Assembly: GCA_965225995.1 (NCBI GenBank) | Contig: CBDDCF010000028.1 | Location: forward strand, 144,983 to 208,982 | Origin: Acidobacteriota bacterium | Lineage (GTDB): Bacteria; Acidobacteriota; UBA6911; RPQK01; CBDDCF01 | Reading direction: 5' to 3' | DNA length: 64,000 nt | In this document: in pieces, positions 9,540 through 18,811 of the stretch | Numbering within the stretch: the first letter of the stretch is position 1 | Layout: every line of letters starts with the position of its first letter | Made by a program: the position numbers and the translations under genes | The notes under the pieces: generated by a model | Told to the model about the DNA's origin: nothing | Databases searched by the model: none | The model's input: the letters and a program-made list of their open reading frames with translations, nothing else

Positions 9540-11595
9540 GCTCGACCAATCCGGTACGCGCCAAATCTCGCACCAATCGATCGACAGCGCTCAGTGCAAC
9601 CGGCTCTGTGATGGCGGTCAGATCATTCCTCAGATCCAGAATCGTCCTGACACCGTCGATCAGATTGACGAGCAAATAGATGTCTAGCGAACGTGCCGAC
9701 TCCGTCTCGTACCAGGACTGCTCGGCAAGGGGCAACCTCCGCTGGGGAAGACCATTGGCCAGAGGACCTCGCGTGCGACGCTTGGGAATCCAGCGTGAAG
9801 CTTCTTTCTCAGCGTCGTTCAACCGCTTCGGCGTGGGAAATCGCCCGGCCTGTTGATAGTAGATTGCCTGCAAAGTGAGGCGTTGCAACTCGGCCAGCCC
9901 TTCCAGGTTCTCTCTCCAGGTATCGACTAGACGAGTCGTCGCCTCGAAGCGGGCATAGTCGATCACGTTGTGCAAAGCGGAAAGCTCGCGCTCCCGAGCG
10001 AAATCGACTACCTGCCGGGAGTCATGATACACCCGACTGAGCTGTTCCTGAGGCGCGTCAAGCAGCCACGAAATGGCCTTCTCGGTCTCCTTCACAAGCC
10101 GGACTTGTGCGTTCGTCGCCACCATCCGGGCCAACTTCTGGCCCTGCTCTTCATTGACGTTGGCAAGAAACCAAAAGGTCGAGGCAGCGATGAACTCAGA
10201 CCGCTCCAACTCGACCGGATCTACTTTGTCGGGAGTATCTTCAGTGGTGTGGTGGGTAGGATCGGGCCAGTGGCCCAGCATCATTGCTGGGATTCGGATC
10301 GAACCGTCATTGAAGATTACGTGGTCACTTCCCCCTCTGAATGGCGTAATCCGGTAATTGAAAGCGGTACGGTTGCCCAGAGTCCGAGTGCTCTCCAGCT
10401 CATCGAGATAGCTTGCCATCTGCGCCGTCACGTCGCTCACGACTCCGGCAATCGAGGGAGGTGTCCAGGTGATATTGAGCCGGCTATGCAGGAGTTCTAG
10501 ATGCTCTCCGACCATATCCAGGTTGAGGCTTCCCAGAAAATTCCCTCCCAGCTCCGGCCCGCGAACTTCTGGGTGGGCATCAATATAAGCCATCGTCCCA
10601 TAGTATTCGGGAACCCAGAGAAAGCGCAGACCGCGTTTCGGGCGTGGCAGCTTTCCTTCGGCAATCAGTTTTTTGAAAGTCCGGGCCATGTCGAGCAGTG
10701 CGGCACTGCCGCTGGCGTTGTCATTGGCCGAAGCCTTGGGATGATCCAGATGCGCGGTGTAGATCAGTTCCTGGTCAGTGGTACCCGTGATCCGGGCCAC
10801 AACAACGTCCATCCTCCAGGGCTCCAGACCGATCCCGTCCACCCAGCTCTCCATGACCACCTTCTTGCCGTCGGCGAGAAGTTGCTTGAGACGGCGCCCC
10901 TGACGATTGCTGAGGTTAAACCCAAACCGTACATAAGGCAGTTCCTCGGTGCGAGGCCACATGCCGGTGTACTGGATCATGTCCGGGAAATGGGCCGCCC
11001 GCTCGTCGTCGAGATAACAAATCACGGCCGCAGCCCCATACTTGAGCACGGCCAAGCGATGCACGTCCCCGCCATAGCCCGTCGCTAACACCAGCTGTCC
11101 GCGTACCTCCTTGCCCTCATAATCCTCGTCTCGCGTTCCCGAGCCCACATCCACCAAGGCGGCTCGCACTCGCCCCGCATTCGAATAAGTGATCACACTC
11201 ATCGGTGTCTCGGGATAGCGCACAATCAGTTCTTCGCTGGGCTCAACCATCCGCAACTCTGCACTCTCGATCGACCAGCCAGAGGGAGATTGCCAAGTCT
11301 GATACTGAATGATGCCGTCGGAGCGAAAGCTCTCAATAGTGGCATCGCTCCCTTCGAAGCCAAAACCCCGCAGGGTTTCCAGAACGTACTGAGCTGCATC
11401 GGAGTAACCGCGGGAACCCTGCACGCGGTGATGTCGGGTTATCGCAATCACATGATCCTTGGCCAACACACCCGAAAGCTCGTCTTCGAGCAGGTTCAAA
11501 GTCGCTAGATCGAGCAGCTCGGCCTCTGCCAGTATCCAACTCGCGGGCAGAGAACAAAGAAGTAATACGAATGTCAAAAACGTGGCTCTCGTCAT
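9523..11595 (-). CDS. M28 family zinc peptidase with a PA domain (glutamate carboxypeptidase II / transferrin-receptor-like)
   Basis: Signal peptide. M28 metal-binding region HLDHPKASANDNASGSAALLDMARTF and a C-terminal TfR-like dimerisation region. Confidence 0.8.
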   Translation of the reverse strand: MTRATFLTFVLLLCSLPASWILAEAELLDLATLNLLEDELSGVLAKDHVIAITRHHRVQGSRGYSDAAQYVLETLRGFGFEGSDATIESFRSDGIIQYQTWQSPSGWSIESAELRMVEPSEELIVRYPETPMSVITYSNAGRVRAALVDVGSGTRDEDYEGKEVRGQLVLATGYGGDVHRLAVLKYGAAAVICYLDDERAAHFPDMIQYTGMWPRTEELPYVRFGFNLSNRQGRRLKQLLADGKKVVMESWVDGIGLEPWRMDVVVARITGTTDQELIYTAHLDHPKASANDNASGSAALLDMARTFKKLIAEGKLPRPKRGLRFLWVPEYYGTMAYIDAHPEVRGPELGGNFLGSLNLDMVGEHLELLHSRLNITWTPPSIAGVVSDVTAQMASYLDELESTRTLGNRTAFNYRITPFRGGSDHVIFNDGSIRIPAMMLGHWPDPTHHTTEDTPDKVDPVELERSEFIAASTFWFLANVNEEQGQKLARMVATNAQVRLVKETEKAISWLLDAPQEQLSRVYHDSRQVVDFARERELSALHNVIDYARFEATTRLVDTWRENLEGLAELQRLTLQAIYYQQAGRFPTPKRLNDAEKEASRWIPKRRTRGPLANGLPQRRLPLAEQSWYETESARSLDIYLLVNLIDGVRTILDLRNDLTAITEPVALSAVDRLVRDLARTGLVELELTR

Positions 11596-11950
11596 TTGCG
11601 CAGCGACTTCTTCAGGGTTTTTTGAGGAATCTCAACAAGAGAAGGTTCCCCCGCATCAAGATCGAATGACACCCCCTAAAGATGCACAGGATCCCGGCAA
11701 TGTTGCGGATTAATTATTTCGCGCTTGAGCCGGCTCCAATCTCCTTGCCGGAATAGGCCGGTAGCGCGGATGATTCGTGTGCGCGGCAGAAACGATTGTG
11801 GCGAGAAAGTGGGGAATCGAGGCCAGATTTTCTCGATTTCAAGGCGAATAGTGGTTTTATTTGCAGAGAAATCGGGAGGATATGGGCCGATTCTACCGCT
11901 TTCGCAGTCGTCTAGTTCATCTTAACCCCCCTTGGGCCGGTCCCTGAGTC

Positions 11951-12643
11951 GTGCGATACTACCCGGCCATGACGGCCTCCCCGCTCCCCACGGTTGTTTC
12001 CTGGAGTAGCGGCAAGGACTCTGCCTGGGCCCTATACGAATTGCGCAAAAATCCCAGATATGCGGTTGGCGCACTGTTGACCACTTTCAACCAGGAGTTC
12101 GACCGGGTGGCAATGCATGCTGTGCGAAGAGAACTGGCGGAGCTTCAGGCCTCTTCACTGGGGTTTCCCCTCAGCCATGTCGACTTGCCCTGGCCCTGTT
12201 CGAATGAGGAATACGAGATCATCGTGGGAAAGGAGCTGGACCGTCTCGAGGAGGCCGGCTACCGTGCCATGGCATTTGGAGACCTCTTTCTGCAAGACGT
12301 TCGGGCCTATCGAGAACGCCTTTTTCGAGGCAGAAAGCTGGACACTTTGTTTCCGATCTGGCAGAGGTCCACGCCAGAGCTTGCCCTCGAAATGATTGAA
12401 TCGGGACTGCAAGCAGTTGTCACCTGTTTGGATCCGGAGAAGCTACCGCTCGAGTTTGCCGGTCGAGCCTTCGATATCGAGTTTCTGCATCAGCTTCCAC
12501 CCGATATCGATCCGTGCGGCGAGAATGGTGAGTTCCACACGTTCTGCTGGGATGGACCGATGTTCCGGCAACCCCTGCCCGTGAGGATTGGAGAAGTTGT
12601 CGAGAGGGATGGATTCGTGTTCTGCGATCTGCTGCTTGTGTAG
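11951..12643 (+). CDS. Dph6-related ATP pyrophosphatase (MJ0570/DUF71 family, adenine-nucleotide alpha-hydrolase fold)
   Basis: PP-loop VSWSSGKDS and the family motif ENGEFHTFCWDGPMF. Confidence 0.6.
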   Translation: MRYYPAMTASPLPTVVSWSSGKDSAWALYELRKNPRYAVGALLTTFNQEFDRVAMHAVRRELAELQASSLGFPLSHVDLPWPCSNEEYEIIVGKELDRLEEAGYRAMAFGDLFLQDVRAYRERLFRGRKLDTLFPIWQRSTPELALEMIESGLQAVVTCLDPEKLPLEFAGRAFDIEFLHQLPPDIDPCGENGEFHTFCWDGPMFRQPLPVRIGEVVERDGFVFCDLLLV

Positions 12644-12728
12644 GCACCGACGCGGCTGAAAGGGCAACGCTGTCCCAGGTTCCACCAAACTGGACTTGAC
12701 GGTAAAAGAAGTAGCCCCTGTGAGGTGC

Positions 12729-13295
12729 CTATGAGGTGGGTTCCAGGAAGCGAAGTGAGTTGAGAATGCGGTGCTCCGTTTCACCCAATGGAGGTTCTTC
12801 CGGCCTCACGAGACCAACATCCTCCAACGGCGAGACTCGGCGCGTCCTGAAATCCAAGGCCAACCACTTACCCTGAAAAGGCAGCACAAAGGAATGCGTG
12901 CGGACTCCGGAGAAGGCATCAAAGTGAGTGTAAAGGTAATAACTGGCTCTTCTGCCTCCCAATTCGACACGCCTTAACGGCTCGTGCCTCGCCCAAAGGC
13001 CTCGATCCGCGGCGTGCTGCCGCTCGGACCACATGAGATCGACCTTTGTGGCTCCCTGGTAAAAGACTCGAAAGCCTGTCTCGTCGCGGTCTTCGTCCAC
13101 CTGATACTCATCGGGTACCTGCAACGCAACTCCCAGTGCCTCCGCCCGGACCTCCTTCCAGCCCGCAGGGAGCTCGACCCGAGGCAGCTCCGGGTCCAGA
13201 TAGGGAGAGAGAATAACCAGATAGCCGAATACGCCTCCCCCCAGGAAGAGCAACAAAGCCAGCACAATCAGGCTGTTTCGATCAGGTTTGAACAC
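12729..13295 (-). CDS. Hypothetical membrane-anchored protein
   Basis: 188-aa ORF with one N-terminal TM helix (LIVLALLLFLGGGVFGYLVIL) and no recognisable motifs. Confidence 0.4.
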   Translation of the reverse strand: MFKPDRNSLIVLALLLFLGGGVFGYLVILSPYLDPELPRVELPAGWKEVRAEALGVALQVPDEYQVDEDRDETGFRVFYQGATKVDLMWSERQHAADRGLWARHEPLRRVELGGRRASYYLYTHFDAFSGVRTHSFVLPFQGKWLALDFRTRRVSPLEDVGLVRPEEPPLGETEHRILNSLRFLEPTS

Positions 13296-13425
13296 GTAAA
13301 GTTTCGCCCCACTTTTTAGAGCCCCGAGCCTGCGAGGGGGGAAAGAGTCTCAGGTTGACGCAAACTTTCGGCATGTCTTCTCCGAGCCTCGTCGGTTTGA
13401 AGCGCAGTGAAACTCGGCTGGGAGC

Positions 13426-13858
13426 CTAGCGATGCGGCAAGCCCTTCGCGATTTCCTCGCGCAACGATTTGAGCCACTCCTGATTGTGTTGTTGAAGCGC
13501 TTTCGTTGCTTCGAGTCGTCGCAGGAGCAACCGCTGGGTAAGATCCCGTTGCCGCTCCAGAAGTCGCTGGGGAACGGCCTGAAAGCGGTTCACAATTCGA
13601 TTCGTGATCCGAGGCAACGCAGGTTGATGCAGGAAAATCCCAGGTGCCATCAGGTGCCATGACGAAACCAGGAAAATCAATAATGGGATTCGGCTGCCAC
13701 CGAGCCGAGCCCGGGAAATGACGGTCCAACAAATAGCCCGCAAATCCTACATAGAACATGCAAAGGATCGCGAGCGACAGTACGCGCTTGTGTTTGTCCA
13801 TCGAGTGGCACCTCGTTACCATCCCATACGGAGGAGCGCGGATGAATGTTTCATCCAC
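13426..13858 (-). pseudogene. Membrane-anchored coiled-coil protein gene split into two frames by a 10-bp tandem duplication (caggtgccat x2 at 13637-13656)
   Basis: ORFs 13316..13858(-) and 13426..13743(-) overlap in different frames. Deleting one 10-bp copy fuses MDKHKRVLSLAILCMFYVGFAGYLL...FVMAP to GIFLHQPALPRI...EEIAKGLPHR in frame. Confidence 0.45.
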
Positions 13859-13866
13859 TCTCGTAT

Positions 13867-15113
13867 TTAGTCAGAGCCTTTCCAGGCAGCCAGCATGCGC
13901 GCCACGTCCAGACCCAGTTTTTCCCACTCCTGACCTGAGACTGCATTGGAAACTAGGATCACCAGGTCTTCGCGAATTCGCTCTTCGACGACGACCGCCC
14001 CAGAGCCAAAATCGTTGCCACCGGCTGAGGCCATGAGCCCGTGCACTTGGGGAACCGCACCCGATAAAGCCCCTGCCGAGAGAACCTTACCCCCCGCCAA
14101 TGCCCGATACCAGCGAAAGAGTTCGCGCGATGATGAGACCAAACAGCCCCCTCCCAGGCAGGCCCAGGAAACCTCGGGCCAGTAGGCGGGAGAGTTGACT
14201 TCCCCGAAGTTTATGGCCTCATATGGGCTTGACTGCGGGTGAGCGGTTCGAAGTCGCCGGTCAGGTCGTGGTATTCGCCCAGACCTGACTTCATCCACAG
14301 GAGCTGCTCGATTGTAATCTGACGCTTGTCGCGGGGCGCCTGGGGGAAGAACTTCGAAATCGGATCGCTTATCCCGAGCCTCCCCATTTCTTCGAGCTTG
14401 AAGATTGCCACCCGGGTCAGCAGTTTTGCCAAAGAGCCCACATCAAAGAGAGTCTCGGGTGTGTTAGGAATCCCTTTTTCGCGATTCGCCTTCCCGTAGC
14501 CTTCCGCGACCAGAGTATCGTCACCGCGAGCCACCAGAATAGCCCCCGAGAAGCCTCTTTCAGCTTCCCTTCGGAGACGCTCTTGGAGAGCGGAGATGAG
14601 GTCGTCTCGGCTGGAAATGGTGACGACCGGAGCTGGCCCGTGGTTGGTGTCGGGCTTCGCGCTGGACTGAAGAGGGCTGGCATCAATCTCCACGAACTGG
14701 TGGGGACTCGACTCGGAGAGCCGAAACGATACTTCCTCTTGCCCACCCTCGCGGTTGAAGACGATCTTGGCTGCAAAGGGTCCCACCGGCCTGGCCCCTC
14801 GTGCTTCCAAGTGGGCGAAACGCTTTCTCAAGTCTTCCAGTTTGGCAATCAGAGCTTCCTCGCCCATCGACTCCAGCATGGCAGGAGCGATCCGTTCACG
14901 AATGAACTCGAGCAACGAATCCTTCCCTTCTCCCTGAATCAGTTCCTGGAGAGCAACCACGCCCTGATAGCGTGGAGAATTCGGATCCGGCGAACGTTGG
15001 GCCTCCAGCCGACCGCAACCGCCCCCCAAAAGCAAGATTAAAGATATCGACAAGGTGCCGGTGCCTGACATGTGTTTCATGATTCCTCCACAAGGGCAAA
15101 AAAACGAGCTCAT
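13867..15113 (-). pseudogene. Beta-lactamase-related serine hydrolase (lipoprotein) with a frameshift between 14211 and 14298
   Basis: The N-terminal ORF has a lipobox (LLLGGGC) and the SxxK motif (FDVGSLAKLL). The C-terminal ORF, in another frame, carries the conserved ...GGGCLVSSSRELFRWYRALAGGKVLS region. The two overlap by 88 nt. Confidence 0.6.
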
Positions 15114-15252
15114 TTCGATTTCGAAAGATCTGTTGCAAGTACCGTGCCAGCCACAATCCGTGAGATTGTTGCTTGAAGAAGCCTATTTGGGGAAACGACT
15201 TCTCAAAGGAGGAAAAGGCAACTAAAACATTATCTGGAACGACATCCTTGTC

Positions 15253-16194
15253 TTACCTTGACATGATCCGTTCTGATCTTTCCAAGATCGAAAACCAGAA
15301 TCGGGAGGCCTGAGGCCAGTGTCGAAAAGTAGACGAGATCAAGGGAAGTAGGGTGCGCACGACGGCCGACGACACCCTTAACACGATCCGATGCCACTGA
15401 GTCCAGCGATAGCCGTAAGCTTTGCGGATTGTCGGGGGGAGGAGCCCGATAGCGGGTAAGCCAAGAAGCCAGATCAGGGGACGAACCACCCACAGAGTGG
15501 CAGGCGAAACCACGTCCCGGGCAATGGCCCGTGCCGTTTCGGTCACCACGATCTCGCCACTTGCCAACTGCTGATCTAGATACTCATGCAGTTCCTCGAG
15601 ATTACCTGGCAAAGAGCCGGGGGGGATTCCGAGCAGCGGTTCAATCGACCTGGCTTCTTTGCAGTAGCGATTCTTCTCGGCTGGACTCAGCGGACCGACA
15701 TAAAGCTCATAGGTCAACAATAGAGAATCGAGCAAAGTGGCATGTACCCAGCTCAGGAGCTTGGGGTCGTGAGCACTATACCGGGTCCCCGCCGGGATAT
15801 TCCCGGCCGACTCCTTCAGCTTGCCCTGGACTCGGTCATGGATGGCATTGATGGCCCGAGAGGCCCGATCTACTTCTTCGGGCGTGCCGAACGTGAGAGC
15901 TAGCATCGCCTCAATCGTCTCGCGCAGCCTCCGCAGTCGTACTCGAGGAGCGGCATTGAAAGAGCTGTGGTCGGCCACGCCGCTTGCCACGAGCGGATGG
16001 GCGAGTTGCAGCAGGATGGCTCGACCCCAGCCCAGCAACAAAACAACCTCACTGTTGACCTTCTTGGCCACCTCCTGGGAGGGTGGGTAAGCTGAGGCGC
16101 GGGGATGGAAGCGATCCGACCCCGTCGTCGTTGAGTTTGCGGTGCTGCCTGAGTCCTGATATTCCATTTGCCCTTTATGACGATTGCCTGCCAA
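15253..16194 (-). CDS. DUF2236 (oxygenase MpaB / latex-clearing-protein-like) family protein
   Basis: LLLGWGRAILLQLAHPLVASGV motif typical of DUF2236 proteins. Confidence 0.55.
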   Translation of the reverse strand: MAGNRHKGQMEYQDSGSTANSTTTGSDRFHPRASAYPPSQEVAKKVNSEVVLLLGWGRAILLQLAHPLVASGVADHSSFNAAPRVRLRRLRETIEAMLALTFGTPEEVDRASRAINAIHDRVQGKLKESAGNIPAGTRYSAHDPKLLSWVHATLLDSLLLTYELYVGPLSPAEKNRYCKEARSIEPLLGIPPGSLPGNLEELHEYLDQQLASGEIVVTETARAIARDVVSPATLWVVRPLIWLLGLPAIGLLPPTIRKAYGYRWTQWHRIVLRVSSAVVRTLLPLISSTFRHWPQASRFWFSILERSERIMSR

Positions 16195-16425
16195 ATACCG
16201 CTATGCCGACGCTCCAGCGCAATGAGAGTCCGAAGCTTGATAAAGCGCAGTATATACCGCGACTCGAAGGGACGGGCTGCAGTGTCTCGCCCAGACACCT
16301 GCAGACACACCCCTGGGACAACTTTGAGACACAATAGTGTCTCATCCTCTCGAGCGCGCACCTTCCTTCATTTGCCCAACCAAGAAATCTGAGTCAATGG
16401 AATGAGATAGATAGAAAGAATTCTC

Positions 16426-16469
16426 CCATCTTGGCACCCTATTTGCCTAATGACATCCCGCCAAGATGG
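16426..16469 (+). promoter_or_regulatory. Hairpin (ccatcttggc...gccaagatgg) in the leader of the TonB-dependent receptor gene
   Basis: Perfect 10-bp inverted repeat with a 24-nt loop, about 100 bp upstream of the receptor start. No B12 box or clear Fur palindrome was seen. Confidence 0.25.
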
Positions 16470-16569
16470 CGGGTGGCATCTCAGGGATCCAGGGGCAAGA
16501 AAGAGAACTTTCATTTCGGTTGAGAAGGGGGAAGCGTGGGTACGAGGGTGTGCTGCACGGCCTCTATAG

Positions 16570-18636
16570 GTGCAAGCGATGAGGCATGTGAAGACGACTG
16601 AAATAGTTGGAATCAAGGCCGTCTCGATCAACAAAAACCAGTTGTTGATCTTCATCTATCTTGTTTTCGGCCTTTCTGTTCTTCAGGCGTACGGTCAACC
16701 GGCTCCATCCTCACAGCCAGACTCCTCCAGTCCCGAAACGGTCCTTTTTCTGACGATTCCTTCAGTCTACGGGGCCTCTAAGCACGAGCAAAAAGTGACC
16801 GAAGCTCCGGCGTCGGTCTCCATCGTAACTGCGGATGAGATACGAAAATACGGTTATCGCACGCTGATGGATATTTTGCGCAGTGTTCGGGGGTTCTATA
16901 GCACCTATGATCGCAGCTACACGTACTCCGCCATACGAGGCTTTGGTCGCCCCGGAGACTACAACACTCGGATCCTGGTTTTGATCGACGGGTTTCGAGC
17001 CAATGAGATGGTTTTTGACTACGCAGGTGTGGGCAACGACTTCCTGGTCGACGTGGACACGATTAAGCGAGTCGAGGTCATCCGCGGACCCGCCTCCTCC
17101 CTTTATGGAACCAGTGCCTTCTTTGGGTTGGTCAACATCATCACCAAACGAGGCCGAGACTTGGCGGGATTGGAGGTCTCTTCCGAACGAGCCAGCTTTG
17201 ATACTCACAAAAGCCGAATCGCCTATGGGGATCGATTCCAAAGCGGCGTCGAAATGAGCTTATTCGCCTCCATCATGGACAGTGGAGGTCAAGATCTATT
17301 CTTTCAGGAATTCACCGACATCAACGACGGTATTGTCAAGAATAGTGACTATGCCAGAAGTCGAAGCTTCCTGGGCAGGCTGGCCTTTAAGGATTTCAGC
17401 TTTGATGCCCGCTACAACTCGGCAAAAAAGGGGAATCCCACGGCCTCCTATGAAACGGTTTTTGGGGACTCCCGAAGCAATACGATTGAAGCCTTATGGC
17501 AGGTAGGCATGACCTACAACCACCTCTTCAACAACCACCTCAGCCTGCGCGCCAGGCTGTTCTACGATCACTACGGCTATGAAGGAGAGTATGTCTACGA
17601 CTACTCCGACGAGGGCGACCTGTCCTATTTAGTGATCAATCAGGATGAGGCGCGCGGAAAGCGATGGGGCACGGCGATCGACCTCGTCCACTCCATCGGA
17701 GCCCATCAACTGACTTTCGGTACTGAGTTTCGGGATAACTTTCGGCTGGATCAGTTCAACTTCGATGAGGAGATCTACCTGGATGAAAGGCGGGACTCTC
17801 AGGTTTGGGGAGCGTACATTCAGGATGAATTCAGGCTCCACGAGAAGGTTATGATCAATGCCGGAGTCAGACACGATCACTACCGTTTCGACACATCCAC
17901 TGACTCCACGAATCCTCGTCTTGCTCTGATTTATGACAGTACAGAGCCGACCACGATCAAAGTTCTCTATGGCCGGGCCTTTCGGGCACCTAATGCCTAT
18001 GAGCTTTACTACAACGATGGCGGAGACATCCAAAAACCGAGTCTGAACTTGAAGCCCGAGACCATCAACTCGGCCGAGGTAGTGGTGGAACACTATCTGG
18101 GAAACAACCTCCTGGCCAGTATGTCTCTCTACAGGAATTCAATCAAAAACCTCATCTCCCTGACCACCGATCCGGAAGACGAGGTCCTGGTATTTAGGAA
18201 TGCGGAGTCCATCCACGCCAGGGGAATGGACCTGGAAGTGGAAGGTCAGTGGAGCAATGGACTGAGGGCCAGAGTGAGTTACACCTTCCAGGAAGCCCGG
18301 AACCAGATGACTGGGAACCTTCTCAGCAACTCTCCCAAGCACCTGACTAAATTCAACCTGATTTTGCCCTTCCTGGATCACAGACTTTTCGCGGCGGTGG
18401 AAGGACAGTACACGAGCAACCGGAAGACTCTACTCAGAAACGATTCGGGTGCCTTCTTTGTCGGCAACCTGAGCCTTTCTTATAGGCTGAATCCCACGTG
18501 GTCCGTTTCTGCCAGTGCTTACAACCTGTTTAACAAGAGATATGGGGACCCCGGTTCAGAAGAACGCAGACAAGACCTGATATTCCAGGACGGCCGCAAT
18601 CTTCGTGTGAAGCTGAGCTATCACTTCGGACGCTGA
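16570..18636 (+). CDS. TonB-dependent outer-membrane receptor
   Basis: Signal peptide, plug domain (DEIRKYGYRTLMDILRSVRGFY...), and a long beta-barrel with a C-terminal ...KLSYHFGR. Confidence 0.85.
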   Translation: MQAMRHVKTTEIVGIKAVSINKNQLLIFIYLVFGLSVLQAYGQPAPSSQPDSSSPETVLFLTIPSVYGASKHEQKVTEAPASVSIVTADEIRKYGYRTLMDILRSVRGFYSTYDRSYTYSAIRGFGRPGDYNTRILVLIDGFRANEMVFDYAGVGNDFLVDVDTIKRVEVIRGPASSLYGTSAFFGLVNIITKRGRDLAGLEVSSERASFDTHKSRIAYGDRFQSGVEMSLFASIMDSGGQDLFFQEFTDINDGIVKNSDYARSRSFLGRLAFKDFSFDARYNSAKKGNPTASYETVFGDSRSNTIEALWQVGMTYNHLFNNHLSLRARLFYDHYGYEGEYVYDYSDEGDLSYLVINQDEARGKRWGTAIDLVHSIGAHQLTFGTEFRDNFRLDQFNFDEEIYLDERRDSQVWGAYIQDEFRLHEKVMINAGVRHDHYRFDTSTDSTNPRLALIYDSTEPTTIKVLYGRAFRAPNAYELYYNDGGDIQKPSLNLKPETINSAEVVVEHYLGNNLLASMSLYRNSIKNLISLTTDPEDEVLVFRNAESIHARGMDLEVEGQWSNGLRARVSYTFQEARNQMTGNLLSNSPKHLTKFNLILPFLDHRLFAAVEGQYTSNRKTLLRNDSGAFFVGNLSLSYRLNPTWSVSASAYNLFNKRYGDPGSEERRQDLIFQDGRNLRVKLSYHFGR

Positions 18637-18811
18637 TGGGCCGACACTCCTCACCTAATCGCGGCAACATCCTTCTACCAACACAACATGTCCAATTCAA
18701 GTACCCGTTTGGCATTTGTCAGGGGCCACCCAAAAGCGGCCAGTGAGGGCCACTTCAAAACCGGCCATTCTCAGGAGCCATTGAGAGCTGCATCCCTCGT
18801 AGGATGCGCCG

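Noticed and set aside
16380-16570. Cobalamin riboswitch upstream of the TonB-dependent receptor
   Set aside because: No B12-box-like consensus is visible, and only a generic hairpin is present.
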